Part shown: in pieces, positions 27,301-32,000 of the stretch | Position numbering within the stretch: the first letter of the stretch is position 1 | How the letters are laid out: every line of letters starts with the position of its first letter | DNA from: Crocosphaera subtropica ATCC 51142 | GTDB taxonomy: Bacteria; Cyanobacteriota; Cyanobacteriia; Cyanobacteriales; Microcystaceae | Direction of reading: 5' to 3' | Assembly: GCF_000017845.1 (NCBI RefSeq) | Contig: NC_010546.1 | Location: 4,290,001 to 4,322,000 of the forward strand | Length of the DNA: 32,000 nt | Notes under the pieces: generated by a model | Databases searched by the model: none | Seen by the model: only the letters and a program-made list of their open reading frames with translations | Told to the model about the DNA's origin: nothing | Position numbers and translations under genes: made by a program

Positions 27301-27772
27301 CAATACCTAAATCCGCCGAAGAGGGAATATACTGTTCCCCTTGAGCCATACTGTCTCCTAAAATAGCTTCGATGGCTTCAAATATAGGCAGAGCCGTTTC
27401 GATGGCCTCTTCTTCGTCAAAACTGCCCGTCGTCATTTGTTCTTCTAGGGGATCACGCAAGCGATCAAACGCCTCTAACAAGAGGCTTTCTAAATCATCG
27501 TCAATGATCACCGTCTCATCATACAAGGCTTTAAAGATGTCTTCAAGACGATGGGAGATAATTTTGATGGTATTGAGTTCCACACTGGCAGCCCCACCCT
27601 TAATGGAGTGAGCAGCCCGCATGATCTCGTGAACGGTGGCTTTGTTACGCTCTTCTTTGAGGGCAAGGAGTCCAGTTTCAATCATTTGCAGAAGTTCGGG
27701 GGCTTCTTCAATGAAAAATTGATAGGCTTGATCGCGGATGTCAGGGTTCATCATTGTTTTTGAGAGGGTCAC
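24383..27772 (-). CDS. Hybrid CheA-type histidine kinase (Hpt, long linker, dimerisation, HATPase, CheW, REC); PixL/TaxAY/PilL-like
   Basis: 1129 aa. Hpt phosphorylation site MRAAHSIKGGAASV (His55). An acidic linker of about 350 aa. HATPase N/G boxes (HLLRNGFDHGIE, DDGGGLD, GRGVGLDVV, GQGTTFTLRLP). CheW-like domain. C-terminal receiver (VLVVDDSAA, LVICDVEMPNMNG, MLTSRS, YFTKPY). Confidence 0.92.
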   Translation of the reverse strand: MTLSKTMMNPDIRDQAYQFFIEEAPELLQMIETGLLALKEERNKATVHEIMRAAHSIKGGAASVELNTIKIISHRLEDIFKALYDETVIIDDDLESLLLEAFDRLRDPLEEQMTTGSFDEEEAIETALPIFEAIEAILGDSMAQGEQYIPSSADLGIDIVSSLFEVDVAQGLAEIETALASGDNEQITQTLRNQGEVFNGFAELLGLPGFGEIVETTLQALEQSPSEAITIAQLTLKDLKQSQHLVLVEGDRTSGGQPSPDLLNLANGNTLEITAPSSEPTQEDPSILSLDDLFQDTQEEEATPLMFSDEASLSQEPMAATTLDFSNTPPLDDIFGSTGEEQEEPNWEGVPALDDVFGEPFEDQSKSIEDVPFATSLDDLFGKVETPTEEPVSLEINETEIQENLDTFVGSVEDIFESLPTVEQEHDPSVSPKPVSRETVQQDFHGTRSTRSSRSRPGTRSVSQQEASETQKTAALLSVRVDFNRLERMNNLVGELVINRNSLSLQNDQLQNKVKDLIYRFSHFQKITDTLKQLSDQMVIAPERYGAIKVNTNSLNQQNPFTRSPFSTSSESTDFDSLEMDSYGTVYSIVQTLLEEMMQLEESVDDIVLFARSSNQTLEQQRQMLTNLRDELMWARMLPLGEVLNRFPRVLRDLSNKYHKLVKLKLTGSSVLVDKAALEKLYDPLQHLLRNGFDHGIEPPEIRRKLGKPEQGQIEIQAYHQGNQTIIEMHDDGGGLDLEKIAKKAVEAGLVTPEQVTVMTKEALQDLIFEPGFSTASKVSELSGRGVGLDVVREQLRALKGTVSVSSISGQGTTFTLRLPLTLTIAKLLVCLIQQDNSHQGSAIALPSDSIEEIIMPEPEQIKTSGEQRFLAWQKHIIPIYPIQHLLEYKSPCPEGFTSQSLQGIATPDNWGSPLLILRRKERLYALEVNRLVTEQELVIKPFGKAIAAPTYIYGCTILGDGTLIPVVNGTILLDECLESYEASEKAAGVTVETAREESSTPTSVLQNPTVLVVDDSAALRRTLALTLQKSGYRVLQARDGREALEQLQQHPGIQLVICDVEMPNMNGFEFLGQRRRDPKLMAIPVAMLTSRSSEKHRQLATHLGANAYFTKPYIEQQFLETIKNMITS

Positions 27773-27850
27773 GAAGCAGGAAATAGAGAGGAGTAGGGGG
27801 AGAGGGGGAGATGATACTTACAGCTTTAATGATTGCCTATTCCCCATTCC

Positions 27851-30800
27851 CTAATTAACTTTGAACGGTTCAACATTGGCGTGTAACTGTTGGGCAAGGC
27901 CAAGAACCTCTTGGAAAGAGTCGGCCAGATGAGTGGCAGCAACGGAAGTATTTTGGGCAATGGCCGAGACTTCACTCATCACTGTATTCACGGATTCGGA
28001 GGTCAAAGATTGTTCTTTGGCAGCTTGGGAAATGGCACTCACCAACTCATTAATCTGTTGAGAAGCTGTGGTGATCCCGTGAAGACTAGAGCGAGTTTGT
28101 TGGACTAATTCGGTTCCTCGCAACACTTGTTCGGTTCCCATTTTCATTGTTTGGGTTACCTCCTTGGTTTCTGTTTGAATACTATTAACCAAGGTTTCAA
28201 TTTCTGTGGTGGCTTCGGCTGAACTGGTAGCCAAACTTCGTACTTCATCAGCAATAACCGCAAAGCCTCGTCCCTCTTCGCCCGCACGGGCTGCTTCGAT
28301 AGAGGCTTTCAATGCTAGTAAGTGGGTTTGTGCTGCAAAACGACCGATTAAACTAACAACCTTAGAAATCTTTTGAGACGATTCCCCTAAATGTTGTATC
28401 TTTTTAGCCGTTTCAGACACTGTATCTTGAATGGCCATCATTCCTTCTACCGTTTCATTCATAGCGTTTTCTCCTGCAACAACACTCTCAGCCGCCTGTT
28501 GAAAGGCCATAAGGGTGTGTTCAGCATTTTCAGCTACAAGATTAATAGAATGACTCATGGCTGTGAGGCGATCGCCAGCTACGGTGATTTGTTCAACTTG
28601 TTTGAGAGCTTCTGCTGTTAAGGTTTCAATTAACTGTTCATTATTGTTACTGGTATCAGAAAATTGTTGCGCTACGGTTTTCACTTGCGTAACCAAAGAG
28701 CGTAGGTTTTCAACGGTGGCGTTATAAGAATCAGCAATGGTGCCAATTTCATCTTGAGTTACTTTAGCGCGGATGGTGAGATCCCCTCGACCAATCGGTT
28801 CAACTTCCATTAACAGTTCTAATGCTCTCTGTTGTAGTTGCTCTTTAGCCACCCGTTGTTGTTCAGAGGCTAAGGTTTGTTCATCTAAGAGATTGGAGCG
28901 TTCTAAAGCGACCCCAATTTGTAAAGCCACTTGGGTCAAAAAGTCAATTTCAGGTTGTTGCCAATGACGAGGACTTTGACAATGATGGGCAATTAATAAA
29001 CCTAATAATTCCCTTCCAACGACAATAGGAACAACTAAGTTAGCCTGAATCTCTAACGTTTCAAGTTGTTGGAGATAACAGGGATTTAACCCTGCCTTAT
29101 GAATATTAGACAAGGCTTTCACTCGTCCTTGACGGTATTTTTCCACAAACGATTTAGCAAAACAAGGATCAGGAATGTGTTGTCCTAAGGCTGAAGGATA
29201 GGAAGGATTAACGGATTCAGCAATAATAGTTCCGTTCCAAGTTTCATCAAAACTGTAGACAATGACTCGATCTGTATTTAATGCTTGACGACTACTTTCA
29301 ACGACTAAATCGAAGAGATTTTCAGCGTTGAATTCAGTGGCAATTTGTACGGTAATGTCTTTGAGATCACGAGTTAACCCTGATTCTAAAGACTCCACTT
29401 GGGCTAGGGTGATACGATCAATGGTTACCTGTAGTTGGGTCACAAATTGTTTGAGGAAATTAATTTCTGTTTCTTGCCAACTCTGAGCATCCCTGCAATG
29501 ATGAGCCACTAAAAAGCCATAAAGGGTCTTTTGATTAAAGATGGGGATAATCAATTGATCCTTGACTTGAAAATTTTCTAAGCTATCTTGATAGTGAGAA
29601 TCTTGAGTGATAGTTTCTAATTGCGCTAAGGTCCAAGCTTCTGTTGAGGGGGTTTCTTTTAATTGTTGTATTAAGTGTGAGGGAACAATTTCATCGTGAT
29701 TATCTTGGTTTAAAACAGAAGAATAACCAGGAATAACCGCTTCATGCCATACCCTACCTTGATCTTGATCGAGATAATAAATTAAGAGGCGATCAACGTC
29801 AATCAGGTTTCTAGCTGCTTCTAAAGCTGAAGAAAACCAGTTATCTAGGGTTAGGGAATCAATGCTGGTCGGGGAAGATAGTTCGGCTAAAAAGCGAAAC
29901 ATCTCGGTTTTTTGTCGTAACCCCTGTTCATAGGTGACAATATGACTAGCCATTTCATTAAAATGTACCCCCAACTGTCCCACTTCATCGTCAGAGAAGC
30001 TATTAACTTGAACATCATGGTTACCACTGGCAAATTGCTGAGTCGCAGTTTGTAAGCGTTTAATCGGTTTGATAATAGTTGAAGCAATGGCCGCTGTAAT
30101 TATGACCACAATTCCTAAAACTGCCACCGATAAAGCCAGTTGTAACATTAAACCTTCTTTGAGAATCTGATTTAATCCTAGTTCTGGATCACCGTAAACT
30201 AAAATGGCAATCTCCTGGCCGTTATAGTTAGAAATAGCTTTAGCTGCTAGGGTATAGGGATGATTGTTGAGATAACCTCGTTGGGCAACCCCTTGTCCTT
30301 GAGCTTGTACCGCCTTTTCTAAGATGGATTTATCGGGAAGGGGTAGATTAACATTGGCTTCTCTTCCTTCGGTTTTTTCAAATGCGGTAGCTAGGGTAAA
30401 TGCTTTATTTTTAGGATCGTAAAGATACACTGCACTATACCCTATGCCTTGAAACCTATCGACAGTTTCCTGAACCATCTCTACATTACCGTTGACAATA
30501 TCCCCAGCAACAAGAGTACCGATGACGGTTTGTGTCCCTGGCAATTTAACAGGGGTAACGGTATAACGAATCAGAGCCTCCTGGCTAGTGAGTCCAGCAG
30601 GTAAAGGGGCTTTTTCTTGGATAAGTTCTTCCCAACTAACTAATTCACTGGTGCGAATCTGTTTTTGTTGTTTGATCGCTTCGGTGACTAACCCTTGGGG
30701 ATTAAATATCTCTCCTTGACGTTGGCCATTCGCATTGGCGATGATCCGTAAATCTTTGCCCACTAGGGTGACATATTCTAGATCATGAATTTTTTGTTCA

Positions 30801-31240
30801 TTTTTTAAGATAGATTGTAGTTGAGTACGAATTTCAGGGGATAAAGACTGTCCTTGACTAGCAGTTTTGCTGGCTTCAATAATGGTAGGGTCTTCGGCTT
30901 CAGAGGCAAAGCCTAAAGCCATGATCTCTAAATCCCTACTATAATTAAATTCGGTAACTGCTAATTGAGACTTGGTTTGATACAGTCCATAAGAGCGCAA
31001 ACTACCCACTAAGGAAGTTGAGCCTAACCCCATTAATCCTCCTAAAGCCAGAAAAGTTAAGGCGGTAATCATCTGAGTTTTGCGACGGATCGGCAAGTTA
31101 TAAAACTGCTCAATCAGGGGTAATTTGGAGGAGGAAGGTGGGTTAGACGTGGGTAGGGTCTTAGAGGGTAAGTCAGAAGAAGGGGATGGAGAAACCCTAG
31201 AAGAAGAAGAGTTAGAAACTGGCTTGACAGGGGTTTGCAT
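27851..31240 (-). CDS. PixJ/TaxD1-like methyl-accepting chemotaxis protein: 2 TM with periplasmic domain, HAMP, GAF, DXCF-type GAF (putative cyanobacteriochrome), MCP signalling domain
   Basis: 1129 aa. TM1 at about 57-80 and TM2 at about 362-388. HAMP: [23 protein letters not shown]...[15 protein letters not shown]1 lacks the bilin Cys residues. GAF2 has DPCF (Cys693) and NPCY (Cys721). MCP hairpin: [31 protein letters not shown]. Confidence 0.9.
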   Translation of the reverse strand: MQTPVKPVSNSSSSRVSPSPSSDLPSKTLPTSNPPSSSKLPLIEQFYNLPIRRKTQMITALTFLALGGLMGLGSTSLVGSLRSYGLYQTKSQLAVTEFNYSRDLEIMALGFASEAEDPTIIEASKTASQGQSLSPEIRTQLQSILKNEQKIHDLEYVTLVGKDLRIIANANGQRQGEIFNPQGLVTEAIKQQKQIRTSELVSWEELIQEKAPLPAGLTSQEALIRYTVTPVKLPGTQTVIGTLVAGDIVNGNVEMVQETVDRFQGIGYSAVYLYDPKNKAFTLATAFEKTEGREANVNLPLPDKSILEKAVQAQGQGVAQRGYLNNHPYTLAAKAISNYNGQEIAILVYGDPELGLNQILKEGLMLQLALSVAVLGIVVIITAAIASTIIKPIKRLQTATQQFASGNHDVQVNSFSDDEVGQLGVHFNEMASHIVTYEQGLRQKTEMFRFLAELSSPTSIDSLTLDNWFSSALEAARNLIDVDRLLIYYLDQDQGRVWHEAVIPGYSSVLNQDNHDEIVPSHLIQQLKETPSTEAWTLAQLETITQDSHYQDSLENFQVKDQLIIPIFNQKTLYGFLVAHHCRDAQSWQETEINFLKQFVTQLQVTIDRITLAQVESLESGLTRDLKDITVQIATEFNAENLFDLVVESSRQALNTDRVIVYSFDETWNGTIIAESVNPSYPSALGQHIPDPCFAKSFVEKYRQGRVKALSNIHKAGLNPCYLQQLETLEIQANLVVPIVVGRELLGLLIAHHCQSPRHWQQPEIDFLTQVALQIGVALERSNLLDEQTLASEQQRVAKEQLQQRALELLMEVEPIGRGDLTIRAKVTQDEIGTIADSYNATVENLRSLVTQVKTVAQQFSDTSNNNEQLIETLTAEALKQVEQITVAGDRLTAMSHSINLVAENAEHTLMAFQQAAESVVAGENAMNETVEGMMAIQDTVSETAKKIQHLGESSQKISKVVSLIGRFAAQTHLLALKASIEAARAGEEGRGFAVIADEVRSLATSSAEATTEIETLVNSIQTETKEVTQTMKMGTEQVLRGTELVQQTRSSLHGITTASQQINELVSAISQAAKEQSLTSESVNTVMSEVSAIAQNTSVAATHLADSFQEVLGLAQQLHANVEPFKVN

Positions 31241-31328
31241 GGTACTGGATAAGGGAGAATCAATAAGGGATAATTCAGAATAATTAATTAGGGAGCATAA
31301 GGGTAAATAAATGACAATTCCCTAGAAC

Positions 31329-32000
31329 CTATTTAACTTTGAACTGTCGAACGCTCTCTTGTAATGACTGGGCAACAGCTAAGAGTTCTCGGAACGAATC
31401 AGACACTTGAATTGCCTCGCTAGAGGTTTTATCCGAGATGGCTGCTACTTGAGCCATGGTTTGGGTTACCGTCTGACTGGTTTGAGACTGTTCAATGGCA
31501 GAACGGGTAATGGCTTCGACTAATTCACTGATTTGAATACTGGCAGCCGTAATTTGATTAAGACTCTTACGGGTTTCATCCACTAATTTCGTCCCGGTAA
31601 CCACCTGTTCTGTCCCTGCTTCCATGGCCGCCACTACCTCGTTGGTTTCGGTTTGAATACTGGCCACTAGGGCTTCAATTTCTGCTGTGGCTGAGGCTGA
31701 CTGACGAGCCAGCGATCGCACTTCATCGGCAACCACCGCAAAGCCCCGTCCCTCTTCTCCTGCGTGGGCTGCCTCAATGGAGGCATTCAAGGCGAGTAAG
31801 TTGGTTTGGTCAGCAAAACTACTAATGAGGTTAACTACCTTAGAAATTTTCTGGGACGACTCCCCTAACCGTTTCACTTTTTTGGCGGTTTCTGCTACTG
31901 TTTGTCGAATAGCCATAATGCCATCTACGGTGCGGTTCATGGCATCTTCTCCCTGTTCTACGGTTTCGGTTGCTTGTTGTACAGTGGCTTCGGCTAATTC
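31329..32000 (-). CDS. Methyl-accepting chemotaxis protein, C-terminal signalling domain only; N-terminus lies beyond the right window edge
   Basis: The frame stays open from stop 31329 to nt 32000 (224 codons). The region 31941-32000 translates to [20 protein letters not shown], upstream of the ORF-track Met. Canonical tip: [32 protein letters not shown]. Paralogous to the C-terminus of 27851-31240; both end in FKV(K/N). Confidence 0.88.
   Translation of the reverse strand, partial: ELAEATVQQATETVEQGEDAMNRTVDGIMAIRQTVAETAKKVKRLGESSQKISKVVNLISSFADQTNLLALNASIEAAHAGEEGRGFAVVADEVRSLARQSASATAEIEALVASIQTETNEVVAAMEAGTEQVVTGTKLVDETRKSLNQITAASIQISELVEAITRSAIEQSQTSQTVTQTMAQVAAISDKTSSEAIQVSDSFRELLAVAQSLQESVRQFKVK

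Noticed and set aside
1-32000. Search for tRNA, rRNA, CRISPR repeats, transposase or integrase genes and IS inverted repeats
   Set aside because: No intergenic region contains tRNA-like cloverleaf arms, regularly spaced direct repeats or transposase-like ORFs. The only dispersed repeat seen is HIP1.

Overview
This is an AT-rich cyanobacterial chromosomal window. At least 11 perfect HIP1 palindromes (GCGATCGC) support that origin, though genus cannot be determined by eye. I call about 27 protein-coding genes, most on the minus strand. I found no rRNA, tRNA, CRISPR array, transposase or integrase. The left third holds housekeeping and conserved genes: a partial histidine phosphatase, a TPR membrane protein, a CBS-pair protein, and an apparent operon of ABC1 kinase, membrane protein and PfkB fructokinase, plus a DUF2267-like gene. 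The middle holds a NarL/LuxR-type response regulator whose phospho-acceptor Asp is replaced by Ala, a secreted protein of unknown function, and three tandem paralogues with FHA-(PAS)n-GGDEF-EAL architecture (9299-15895). That array, a phosphothreonine reader fused to c-di-GMP turnover, is my best candidate for an uncharacterised signalling system. Next come a proline-rich membrane protein paired with a short PspA/Vipp1-like protein, a degenerate small-ORF island, a canonical NarL-type regulator, and DUF1232, adenosine-deaminase-family and GT2 glycosyltransferase genes. prfB follows, with its classical +1 programmed frameshift (CTT TGA C), which the ORF track misses. The right third is one minus-strand run: a partial MCP, a PixJ-like MCP with a DXCF-type GAF domain, a hybrid CheA (Hpt-CheA-CheW-REC), an extra CheW-like gene and a Wza-like polysaccharide exporter. 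The CheA linker carries five acidic LDD[LIV]F-type repeats. All family assignments rest on motifs read by eye, not on database searches.
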